Positions 19,470 to 27,854 of a DNA stretch of 64,000 bases are shown here, piece after piece. The stretch's first letter is position 1. Each line of letters starts with the position of its first letter. Made by a program: the position numbers and the translations under genes. The stretch comes from a bacterium (lineage in GTDB: Bacteria > Bacteroidota > Bacteroidia > Bacteroidales > UBA3663). Location: the NCBI GenBank assembly GCA_963624265.1, contig CAVFPF010000029.1:16284-80283 (forward strand), in the 5' to 3' direction. A model generated the notes under the pieces. The model saw only the letters and a program-made list of their open reading frames with translations, was not told the origin of the DNA and searched no databases.

Positions 19470-21910
19470 TGTTCTTTTTGCTCTTCTTGTGGTAAACGTG
19501 TGCGAATCAGGGCGGCAATGTCATCGCCCGAGTCAGTATAGTTTTGCTGCAGGCTCTTCAGATATTCGTCGGCAGTGAATGTATCTCCATTCCGGCGGAA
19601 GATGTCGCTCAGCAGGATGATGCCTCTGGCCAGCCAATACTGGTGCGGTGTTCCCGATTGTACCAGTTCGGTGGCAATGGTCTGCGCATTGCTGATATCG
19701 CCCGTGTCGAAATACGTCTGTGCCAACAAGAACAGAGCCTCGCTGCCGGCTGCAGTCCGGACTTCTTGTGACGCTTGCTGCAAGAGTGTGACTGCCGGTT
19801 TTTGATGACCGAGGGCAAGATGGGCCTTGGCTGCCAGAAGTTGCATGCTTTGAGCCTCGCTGAAGTCGATGTTCTCGCTCTGCAGCTGTTGGTAGACATC
19901 GAGCAACTGCTGGTACTGCCCCTCGTTATACAGTTGCGGCAGACTGGCTACCTGGCGTTGGATGCCCAAAGTGCGCAGGTCTTCGGCTGCCGTCAAGGCA
20001 GCCTCCGTGTCGGGATATTTCGACTCGACCAGTTGATACACCTGTTGGGCAGCTTCCGTCTGTCCCAGATTGTTGTAAGTCATGGCCAGTTCGACGGCAG
20101 CCTGCGGTGCGGCTGGGCAGTCAGGGTAGAGGTCCAGAACCTGTCGGAAGCTGTTTATGGCCTGCTCAGCATCATTTTGCAGCAGCGATGTGCGGCCCTT
20201 GTCGAGCCAAGCCTCAGGTACGAGAGAAGAAGCCGTACATCTGGCAATCATCTCGTCGAGTTTGGCTTGCTTCTGACCGTACTTCTTCTGCAGACCCATC
20301 ATCAGGGCTTCCTGGTACAGTGCATAGTCGGCCTGCTTCGACTCGTATTCGGCGGCCGTGTGGTAATATGCCTCGGCTGTGGCAAACTGCCGGGTGTAGT
20401 AATAGCAGTCGGCAAGACGGGTGACGCCGTCTACGTAGCCTTGTGTGCCGAATTCGTTTGGCTGACTGATGTAGTCGGTAAAAGAACCGATGGCATCCGT
20501 GTAGAGGTTGAGTTGCATCTGCGCATAGCCCAGATTGTAGTAAGCGGCAGCGTAAAGGTCCTTTTGCGCATCTTTCGGTTTGCTTTTGATAAACCGGCTG
20601 TAGTCGGCGGCCGCCTCCTGAAACTGGTTTTGCCTATACCTCGCCTCTCCGCGCCAGTAGCAGCATTCTGCCCAGGCGGTAAGATCGACCTTGCCCATGT
20701 CAATGCCCAAGGAAAACTGCTCGGCAGCCCCCCGGTAGTCGCCGTTGACATACCGCTGTATGCCGTATCGGCAGTGAATGCGCTGTTTGGCCTGCAATAA
20801 GTTGTTGTCGGGCTTGCGTATTTTGGCTATCGAAGTGAGCGCCGCCTCGTAGTTGGTGGTCGTGCCGAGGATGTCTGTCAAAAAACCGCTGACCCGTCCG
20901 GCATAGTTGGATGTCGGCCAGGTGTTGAGAAAGTTTTCAAGAATCTCGATGTCGTCACCGAACAGCGAAGTATTGCTGCTATAGACAATGGCGCAGAGGT
21001 CGTAAGCAGCAGCTTCGCGGGTGTCGGCATTGCCGTCGGTGATGGCACAGGCCTGACTGTAGGCAAGGCGTGCCTGTTGCGTTTCACCCTGTTGGAGAGC
21101 CGACTGACCGACCAGCATGTAGGCAAACTGCCGCAGTTCGGGCTGCGAGGCCCGTGTGGCCAAAGCCGCATTGCGGAAGGCTGACTCGTAGTGGCGGGCG
21201 TCGTACTCGAGAATGCCGGCATTGTAGGCACTGGACGGTACGGGGTCTGAGGTTTGGGAGAGATACTCGCGGAAACAAGAAAGTGCGTCCTCGTAATTGC
21301 CGGATTGCAGTTTGCACTCTGCCTTCAGACGCAGAGCTTCGGCTTGGAGCGCTTTGTCGGCAGGGGTATAGGCATCGATGGCCCGTACGGCTTCGTCCCA
21401 CTTCCCTTGTGCATACAGAATCTGCATGCGATAGAAAGGAACGGTCTCCTCGTATTTCTCGTCCTGTGGCAGACGGCCGAAATGCTGGAGAGCCGACTCG
21501 TAGTTGCCCTCTGCATAATCACAGTACCCCAGGTAGTATTCGGCTTCGGCCTGATAGGCAGCATCGTGCATGTCATAGAGCGTCTGGTATCTGGTGCGGA
21601 CTTCCTTGATTTGCTCTTTCGTCGGCGACTCGCCCAATGCATTGAGTGCAGCTTGTCCGTCGTAGAAATACTGCAGATGCTGCAGACTGGGCCTCAACTG
21701 ATGAAGCGCAGGGGCCTTGAACGGAGAGACGTTGTACTCGCCAAAGGTGGACATTTGTTCGGTTTCGGCCTCAATCAAGCGGTCGCCCCGTTCGGCTGAA
21801 GCCGGATTCTGCCGAAGCCATCGGCTCGTCTGCGGGTCGATGTCCTGTGCATTCGCCATCAGCGGGAAGAGGCATAAAAGAACTGTCGTAAAGGTGTCGT
21901 ATCGTTGCAT
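19466..21910 (-). CDS. secreted tetratricopeptide-repeat protein (814 aa), uncharacterised
   Basis: Signal peptide ..LFPLMANAQD. Many TPR-like units (A..YYLGYCDYAEGNYESA.., YYNLGYAQMQLNLYTDAI.., etc.) run along the whole length. Confidence 0.7.
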   Translation of the reverse strand: MQRYDTFTTVLLCLFPLMANAQDIDPQTSRWLRQNPASAERGDRLIEAETEQMSTFGEYNVSPFKAPALHQLRPSLQHLQYFYDGQAALNALGESPTKEQIKEVRTRYQTLYDMHDAAYQAEAEYYLGYCDYAEGNYESALQHFGRLPQDEKYEETVPFYRMQILYAQGKWDEAVRAIDAYTPADKALQAEALRLKAECKLQSGNYEDALSCFREYLSQTSDPVPSSAYNAGILEYDARHYESAFRNAALATRASQPELRQFAYMLVGQSALQQGETQQARLAYSQACAITDGNADTREAAAYDLCAIVYSSNTSLFGDDIEILENFLNTWPTSNYAGRVSGFLTDILGTTTNYEAALTSIAKIRKPDNNLLQAKQRIHCRYGIQRYVNGDYRGAAEQFSLGIDMGKVDLTAWAECCYWRGEARYRQNQFQEAAADYSRFIKSKPKDAQKDLYAAAYYNLGYAQMQLNLYTDAIGSFTDYISQPNEFGTQGYVDGVTRLADCYYYTRQFATAEAYYHTAAEYESKQADYALYQEALMMGLQKKYGQKQAKLDEMIARCTASSLVPEAWLDKGRTSLLQNDAEQAINSFRQVLDLYPDCPAAPQAAVELAMTYNNLGQTEAAQQVYQLVESKYPDTEAALTAAEDLRTLGIQRQVASLPQLYNEGQYQQLLDVYQQLQSENIDFSEAQSMQLLAAKAHLALGHQKPAVTLLQQASQEVRTAAGSEALFLLAQTYFDTGDISNAQTIATELVQSGTPHQYWLARGIILLSDIFRRNGDTFTADEYLKSLQQNYTDSGDDIAALIRTRLPQEEQKEQ

Positions 21911-21950
21911 GACTTGTTGTGTTCTAGTGAGGTGCGGTGTAGCCCCTTGT

Positions 21951-21982
21951 CGTTATTTGACGGAATCGTTATTTGACGGAAT
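21951..21982. repeat. perfect 16-bp tandem duplication spanning the stop codon of the lipoprotein gene
   Basis: cgttatttgacggaat at 21951-21966 and again at 21967-21982, then a partial cgtt. Confidence 0.9.
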
Positions 21983-22856
21983 CGTTGACTTCCGTCCCAT
22001 TATCTTCCGTTCCTTCAATCTTGGCTTTGAGGAACTGTATTTTGCCCGCAGCCACCTTGCTTTGCTGTGTGTAAAGGAGTTGTGCAGCAAGCATCTTGCC
22101 AAGCTGGCTGGTGAGCGCAATGGCCTGACACTCTTTGGCGCTGACTACAATCGGATAGGCTTTGCTCCCGTTTTTGTACAGCAGGTGAGCTTTCAGCTTC
22201 TGGTCGGAAGAATGCATGTCGATGAAGCCGAGTATCGAATCGTCTGTATAGGTGACCGATTCGTGGCACAGCCCCTGGTTCTTGAACTGATAGTTTGCGC
22301 CCGTGTTCGACAAGGGGACGTCGGCTGTCACAGCCTGTGTGCCATCGGCACCCGTCAAACGGAGTCGGGTATGGTTGATGTAGGTACTTCCCCGATATTC
22401 ACTTATCAGCTGTACGTGCCCGTATTCGTCGACTGAGGCATGGAGGTAGCAGCGCTCCAGGTTGTGCGGTGTGTCCGTACCCTTCACGAACCAGCGTCCG
22501 AGGTCATCGTACTCACCCTTTTCGAACACGAAATTGCCGTTTTGTACCATCTCGTTAATCATTTGAGTGACGGCTATCAGCATCGTGTCGGCTGTGGCCA
22601 AAGAGTCCTCCTGTTGGGCAAGTTCGACCCGATAGTTGAGCTGGTGTCCCAGCTTCCTCCACTCGAGTGTTTCTTTGCTGTGCTTGTCGATAGAGTCGAG
22701 TTTTGCTTTGGCCAGCGACAGGTCGCTTGCTGCGAGAGCGTTTTCGGCTTCGTGGTACAATTGTCCGGCCCTCTTTTCAGCCGTGTCGGTACAACCGGCC
22801 ATTATTGCGGCGATGCAGGCCGCCAGGACCCAGGTCATTTTTATTGGTCTTCTCAT
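21969..22856 (-). CDS. lipoprotein of unknown function
   Basis: MRRPIKMTWVLAACIAAIMAGC lipoprotein signal. Alternative starts are at 22877 (abutting the relA stop) or 22838. I recognise no family. Confidence 0.55.
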   Translation of the reverse strand: MRRPIKMTWVLAACIAAIMAGCTDTAEKRAGQLYHEAENALAASDLSLAKAKLDSIDKHSKETLEWRKLGHQLNYRVELAQQEDSLATADTMLIAVTQMINEMVQNGNFVFEKGEYDDLGRWFVKGTDTPHNLERCYLHASVDEYGHVQLISEYRGSTYINHTRLRLTGADGTQAVTADVPLSNTGANYQFKNQGLCHESVTYTDDSILGFIDMHSSDQKLKAHLLYKNGSKAYPIVVSAKECQAIALTSQLGKMLAAQLLYTQQSKVAAGKIQFLKAKIEGTEDNGTEVNDSVK

Positions 22857-22877
22857 AACAGTTCTAATTTGCCTCAT

Positions 22878-25097
22878 TTAGTTCACGCGGTCCACTTGTT
22901 TGACGCCGTGTATCAGTTTGATTTTCTTGATTAGGGTGTTGAGCGACGACAAGTCCTGGACCATCACGGTCAGATGCCCTCTGAAGAGTCCGCCTTCGGC
23001 ATCGATGTTGATGGCTCTGAGCAATGTGTCCTTCTCCTTGTTGATGAGCGAAGAGATGTTGGATACAATACCAATGTCGTCCTGGCCGACCACACGCAGC
23101 GTGATGCTGTACTGACTGCCGCTCTTCCCGCTCCATTTGGCCTTGACGATGCGGTACGGATACTTTTCCCGCAGATTGCGGATGTTGGCGCAGTCTGCAC
23201 GGTGTATGCGTATTCCACCGGAGATGCTGACAAACCCGACCACGTCGTCGCCGTAGATGGGGTGACAGCATCCGGCCAGACTGTAGTCCAGTCCTTTGAG
23301 GTCTTTGTCGATAATCAGCACGTCTTCCTTTAGCGGAGTCTTTTCCTTCCGCTCCGGACCTTGGGCTATTCTCAAGTCGAATTCCTCTGCACTGTGCGGC
23401 TCGACTTCCCCTTGGATGACTGGCGTCTGCATAGAGTCGAACGACTTCAGGACATCCTCCACATCAATCTCCTGTATGGCCAGGGCATGGAAGAACTGGG
23501 TTTGTGTCTTGAATCCCATGCGGACAATCAGCTTCGAGAGGTCCCCCTCCTCGATTTCGATTTTGCGGTTCTTGAAGCGTCGCTGCAGGATTTCCTTTCC
23601 CGCCTCAGCCTCGCGGTTTTCGATTTCTTTTAGGCCTTGCCGGATGCGGTTTTTGGCCTTGGTGGTGGTGACGATATTCAGCCAGTCCTGTTTGGGCGAC
23701 TGTTGGGGAGAGGTCAGGATTTCCACCTGGTCTCCCGAACTGAGCTTGTAGTTGATTTTGACATTCCGGTTGCCTACCTTTGCCCCGACACACGACAATC
23801 CCAACTTGGAGTGAATCTGAAAGGCGAGGTCGAGCACGGTTGCGCCTTTGGGAAGACGGAATACATCGCCGCGCGGCGTGAAGACGAATATCTCCTCCTG
23901 GTACAGCCCCATAGATAGGTCTTTCATCAGTTCGTCAGGAGAGGAGTTGTGTTCCAGTACGTCTCTGATAGAGCCCATCAGCTGGTCCAGGGCGCCTTGG
24001 CTCTTCAACCCCTTGTAGAGCCAATGGGCTGCGAGACCGCGTTCGGCGATGTCGTCCATTCTTTTGGTGCGAATCTGCACTTCCACCCACCGCTTCTCTG
24101 GTCCGTAGACGGTGATGTGCAGAGACTCATAACCATTGGATTTCGGAATGGAAAGCCAGTCCTTCAGTCGCTTGGGGTTGGGAACATACATGTCCGTCAC
24201 GATGCTATAGGCCTGCCAGCAGTCGGCCTTCTCTTTGGCCGGGTTCGGTTCGTCGATGATGATACGAATGGCAAAGAGGTCGTATATCTTGTTCAGCGAA
24301 GTCTGTTGGGCAACCAGCTTGTGGTGGATGGAAGAGATGGACTTAGTGCGCCCCTTGATGTAGAAGTTCAGTTGCGTCGTTTCGCGCAGCCGCTTCTCCA
24401 GTGGCTCGATGAAGGCCCGCATATAGGCATCACGACTCGCTTTGGTCTGTTGCAGTTGGTGGGCGATGTCGTCGAAGGTGGCCCGGTCCTCGTACTTGAG
24501 GGTCATGTCCTCCATCTCCTGCTTGATGACATAGAGGCCCAGTCTGTGCGACATTGGTGTGTAGAGCAGTTTGCACATCCGGGTGACCTCTTGCCGGTAC
24601 TTGATGTTGTCCGTGTGGTTGAGCATCTTCATAAGTACATAGCAGTCGGCTATCAAGCAGATGATGACACGGATGTCTTCGGCCATAGAGATGAGCAGCT
24701 TGCGGAAGTTCTCGTCCTCCATGGCATTGTGTTGGGCAAAGAGTTCCTTCACCCGGCTCATGCATTCCATCAGGTGGGCCGTGTCCGCACCGAACAGTTT
24801 GACTACGGTTTCGCTGTCCAAAATCTTTTTGGCGACCAGCGGATAGAGGACAACCGTCAGCATCGTCGACTGCTTGAGACCGATGTTCAACTGTATGACG
24901 CGACAGGCAGACAGGGAGAGGAGCAGTTGACTGACGCCATTGGCATCACGGTCGTATGCTCCGCTACGTATGCCCTGGTGAACGAAATGACGCAAATCGC
25001 TCCATTCCGTAGCGCTGAAAAGGGGTTTGGCCTGACGGTAAAGGTAGTGTAAAACCTCCCGCAGTTCCTGTCGTTCCTCCGTATTGAAAGCTTCCAT
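22878..25097 (-). CDS. relA: RelA/SpoT-homologue (p)ppGpp synthetase with a degenerate hydrolase domain
   Basis: Synthetase motif YESLHITVYGPEKRWVEVQIRTKRMDDIAERGLAAHWLYK, a TGS region and a C-terminal ACT-like region. The listed ORF is 5'-extended; ATG at 25097 (MEAFNTEERQ). Confidence 0.9.
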   Translation of the reverse strand: MEAFNTEERQELREVLHYLYRQAKPLFSATEWSDLRHFVHQGIRSGAYDRDANGVSQLLLSLSACRVIQLNIGLKQSTMLTVVLYPLVAKKILDSETVVKLFGADTAHLMECMSRVKELFAQHNAMEDENFRKLLISMAEDIRVIICLIADCYVLMKMLNHTDNIKYRQEVTRMCKLLYTPMSHRLGLYVIKQEMEDMTLKYEDRATFDDIAHQLQQTKASRDAYMRAFIEPLEKRLRETTQLNFYIKGRTKSISSIHHKLVAQQTSLNKIYDLFAIRIIIDEPNPAKEKADCWQAYSIVTDMYVPNPKRLKDWLSIPKSNGYESLHITVYGPEKRWVEVQIRTKRMDDIAERGLAAHWLYKGLKSQGALDQLMGSIRDVLEHNSSPDELMKDLSMGLYQEEIFVFTPRGDVFRLPKGATVLDLAFQIHSKLGLSCVGAKVGNRNVKINYKLSSGDQVEILTSPQQSPKQDWLNIVTTTKAKNRIRQGLKEIENREAEAGKEILQRRFKNRKIEIEEGDLSKLIVRMGFKTQTQFFHALAIQEIDVEDVLKSFDSMQTPVIQGEVEPHSAEEFDLRIAQGPERKEKTPLKEDVLIIDKDLKGLDYSLAGCCHPIYGDDVVGFVSISGGIRIHRADCANIRNLREKYPYRIVKAKWSGKSGSQYSITLRVVGQDDIGIVSNISSLINKEKDTLLRAINIDAEGGLFRGHLTVMVQDLSSLNTLIKKIKLIHGVKQVDRVN

Positions 25098-25172
25098 CTT
25101 CCTATAATCTCTTCTATTGATGTTTTGCCGAATTGGCGGACAGAATCCGAATCCTTGGTGATAAAAACATCG

Positions 25173-25180
25173 CAAAAGTA
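25173..25180 (-). promoter_or_regulatory. -7 box (TACTTTTG on minus strand) for relA
   Basis: Plus strand caaaagta, about 76 nt upstream of the ATG at 25097. Confidence 0.5.
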
Positions 25181-25223
25181 TAAAAAAAAACAATAGAATG
25201 GTACAACCAATTGAAAAAAAACA

Positions 25224-25231
25224 TACTTTTG
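25224..25231 (+). promoter_or_regulatory. -7 box TACTTTTG for the DUF4301-like gene
   Basis: tacttttg, 65 nt upstream of the ATG at 25296. Confidence 0.5.
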
Positions 25232-25295
25232 CGCACAATTTCCTTTCGAAATCCAAAAACAATTGGATACGATATTAATTAAACACTGTTGTTTT

Positions 25296-26822
25296 ATGTT
25301 TACACAGCAAGATCTGAAAGAGTTGGAAGCGCGGGGAATCTCCCAGGAAAAAGCGCAGTCGCAACTTGATTCGTTCGCGAAAGGCTTTCCTTATCTGACT
25401 CTGAAATGCGCTTCGTCGTTGGAATACGGAATCATGAGCATCGATGATGATGCTGCTATGTATTACCAAGACTTGTGGGCCAAATACCTTACGACAAACA
25501 AGCAGATTCTGAAGTTCGTGCCTGCATCGGGTGCAGCCAGCAGAATGTTCAAGAACTTGTTTGAGTTTTTGGCCGCCGACTACAATGTGCCGACTACGGA
25601 TTTTGAGAAAACCTTCTTTGATGGAATCGGGCGGTTCGCCTTCTATGAGGAACTGAACAAAGTCTGCCAGGCCAACGAAGGTATGTCTGTCACTGCATTG
25701 ATGCAGGCTGGGCATTACAAGGCCGTTGTAGAGAATCTGCTTATGGAGAAGGGCTTGAACTATGGCCAACTCCCGAAGGGATTGTTGACCTTCCACCATG
25801 CGGATAAGGAAGAAGTCCGTAAGGCTTTCGAAGAACATCTGGTCGAAGGTGCACGCTATGCTGCCAACGGAGAAGGTAAGGTCAACCTGCACTTTACGGT
25901 AAGCCCAGAGCATTTGCCACTATTTGAGCGTTTGGTCGAAGAGAAGGTTCCCGTTTACCAAGATGCCTATGGCGTAGTCTACAACATTACGTTCTCAACA
26001 CAGAAAGCCTCGACAGATACCTTGGCCGTCAATCCCGACAACACCCCGTTCCGCGACGACAAGGGAAAACTGCTGTTCCGCCCAGGTGGCCACGGTGCTT
26101 TGATCGAGAATCTGAACGAGCAGAATGCCGACGTGATTTTCATCAAGAATATAGACAATGTCGTCCCCGACTCGCTAAAACCCGCGACGGTCAAGTACAA
26201 GCAGATACTCGGTGGTATCCTGATTAGCTTGCAGCAGAAGATTTTCAGCTTCGTGCAGCTGCTTGAAAGCGGGAAGTATGGTCACGAGCAGTTGGTCGAG
26301 ATGATTTATTTCCTACAGAAGAACCTCTTCGTGCGAAATCCTGAAATCAAGCAGCTCGATGACACCGAACTGGCCATTTACCTGAAATCTAAGCTGAACC
26401 GTCCGCTTCGCGTGTGTGGTATGGTACGCAATCAGGGAGAGCCTGGCGGCGGTCCGTTTATCGTAGAGAGTCCTGACGGTACCTTCCAAAATCAGATACT
26501 CGAGTCCTCTCAGATTAATATGAATGACTCCGCTTCGGTCGAGATGTTCAAACAAGGCGGATATTTCAATCCTGTTGATTTGGTTTGCGCCACCCACGAC
26601 AAGAACGGCAAGCCGTTCAATCTGTTGAAGTACGTTAATCCGCAGACGGGATTCATATCGCACAAGAGCAAGAACGGCAAAGAACTGAAAGCACTGGAGC
26701 TCCCAGGCCTTTGGAATGGTGCCATGAGCGATTGGAATACGGTCTTTGTGGAAGTTCCGAGCGAGACGTTCAATCCTGTCAAGACGGTCAACGACTTGCT
26801 CCGTCCGCAACACCAACAGTAA
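25296..26822 (+). CDS. DUF4301-family protein (nucleotidyl-sugar pyrophosphorylase-like fold suspected)
   Basis: MFTQQDLKELEARGIS.. N-terminus and a VPASGAASRMFK glycine-rich segment, as in Bacteroidetes DUF4301 proteins. Confidence 0.6.
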   Translation: MFTQQDLKELEARGISQEKAQSQLDSFAKGFPYLTLKCASSLEYGIMSIDDDAAMYYQDLWAKYLTTNKQILKFVPASGAASRMFKNLFEFLAADYNVPTTDFEKTFFDGIGRFAFYEELNKVCQANEGMSVTALMQAGHYKAVVENLLMEKGLNYGQLPKGLLTFHHADKEEVRKAFEEHLVEGARYAANGEGKVNLHFTVSPEHLPLFERLVEEKVPVYQDAYGVVYNITFSTQKASTDTLAVNPDNTPFRDDKGKLLFRPGGHGALIENLNEQNADVIFIKNIDNVVPDSLKPATVKYKQILGGILISLQQKIFSFVQLLESGKYGHEQLVEMIYFLQKNLFVRNPEIKQLDDTELAIYLKSKLNRPLRVCGMVRNQGEPGGGPFIVESPDGTFQNQILESSQINMNDSASVEMFKQGGYFNPVDLVCATHDKNGKPFNLLKYVNPQTGFISHKSKNGKELKALELPGLWNGAMSDWNTVFVEVPSETFNPVKTVNDLLRPQHQQ

Positions 26823-26875
26823 AGAGATGACCCTTTGACAACCTCAGTTCGCCTATAAGACACAAGAGGGTAATC

Positions 26876-26921
26876 AGCCGGCGTGGTTCGCTATGAGTCC
26901 ACGCTGGCTTTGCTTGGTTTT
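26876..26921 (+). terminator. intrinsic terminator after the DUF4301-like gene
   Basis: 11-bp stem agccggcgtgg (26876-26886) / ccacgctggct (26899-26909, one G:U pair), followed by ttgcttggtttt. Confidence 0.6.
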
Positions 26922-26982
26922 GCACCATATGCTTGTTTTTCCGCGGTTTGCATATTGTACTAATTTTTGCTTCGTATAGTCG

Positions 26983-27696
26983 ATGATTATCTTTTACTGT
27001 GACAGAATACAGGAGTGTCCCGAACTTTCGGAAGAAGACTCAGTGCATGCCGTGCGTGTTTTGAGACATGTGGAAGGCGATGAGATTACCGTCGTGGACG
27101 GGATGGGGACGTTCTACAGCTGCGCTATAACGGAGGCGCATCCCAAGCATTGCCGTTTCCGCATACTGCAAGAAGAGAAGGAACAGCACTGGCCCTATCG
27201 TGTAGAGCTGGCTGTTGCTCCTACCAAGAATGCAGACCGAATAGAATGGTGCCTTGAAAAGGCGACAGAGATGGGCTTGGACAGGTTCGTGCCCTTGAAG
27301 ACGCGTTTTAGCGAACGGAAAGACATGAAGACGGGACGGTTGCTCCGCGTCGCTGTATCGGCCATGAAGCAAAGTCTCAAGGCCACCTTGCCGCAGATAG
27401 ACGAGATGACCGATATCGGCGCATTCCTTAAAGAGCCCTTCGACGGGCAGAAGTTTATTGCCCATTGCCTGAAGGATTCCCCGCGCAAGTTGCTGTCGCA
27501 AGAGGTCAGACCCAATACTGCCGTGCGGGTGCTGATAGGGCCGGAGGGCGACTTCAGCGAGTCGGAGGTCGAGCAGGCTATGGCGAACGGATATGTGCCG
27601 GTCAGTCTCGGAGAACAGCGGTTGCGGACAGAAACGGCAGCGTTGGCAAGCGTGCATACTGTCCACATTATAAACGAATTGTCAACTCGGAAATGA
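26983..27696 (+). CDS. rsmE: 16S rRNA (uracil1498-N3)-methyltransferase
   Basis: PUA-like N-terminus (HAVRVLRHVEGDEITVVDG), ..APTKNADRIEWCLEKATEMG.. and LIGPEGDFSESEV. Confidence 0.85.
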   Translation: MIIFYCDRIQECPELSEEDSVHAVRVLRHVEGDEITVVDGMGTFYSCAITEAHPKHCRFRILQEEKEQHWPYRVELAVAPTKNADRIEWCLEKATEMGLDRFVPLKTRFSERKDMKTGRLLRVAVSAMKQSLKATLPQIDEMTDIGAFLKEPFDGQKFIAHCLKDSPRKLLSQEVRPNTAVRVLIGPEGDFSESEVEQAMANGYVPVSLGEQRLRTETAALASVHTVHIINELSTRK

Positions 27697-27780
27697 TATA
27701 AAGAGGTTGCAAATAGAAAGGAAAGCTCTAAAGACGTCCAAAAAGTAACTTCAAATTGATTAACAATCAGAAAAATGAAT

Positions 27781-27788
27781 TACTTTTG
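27781..27788 (+). promoter_or_regulatory. -7 box TACTTTTG for the DUF349 gene
   Basis: tacttttg, 67 nt upstream of the ATG at 27855. Confidence 0.5.
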
Positions 27789-27854
27789 CACTTTGTTCCC
27801 CGTAATGTAAGTATTGGGGGAGGATAGTTTCGAATTTGTAATAGAACAACATAT

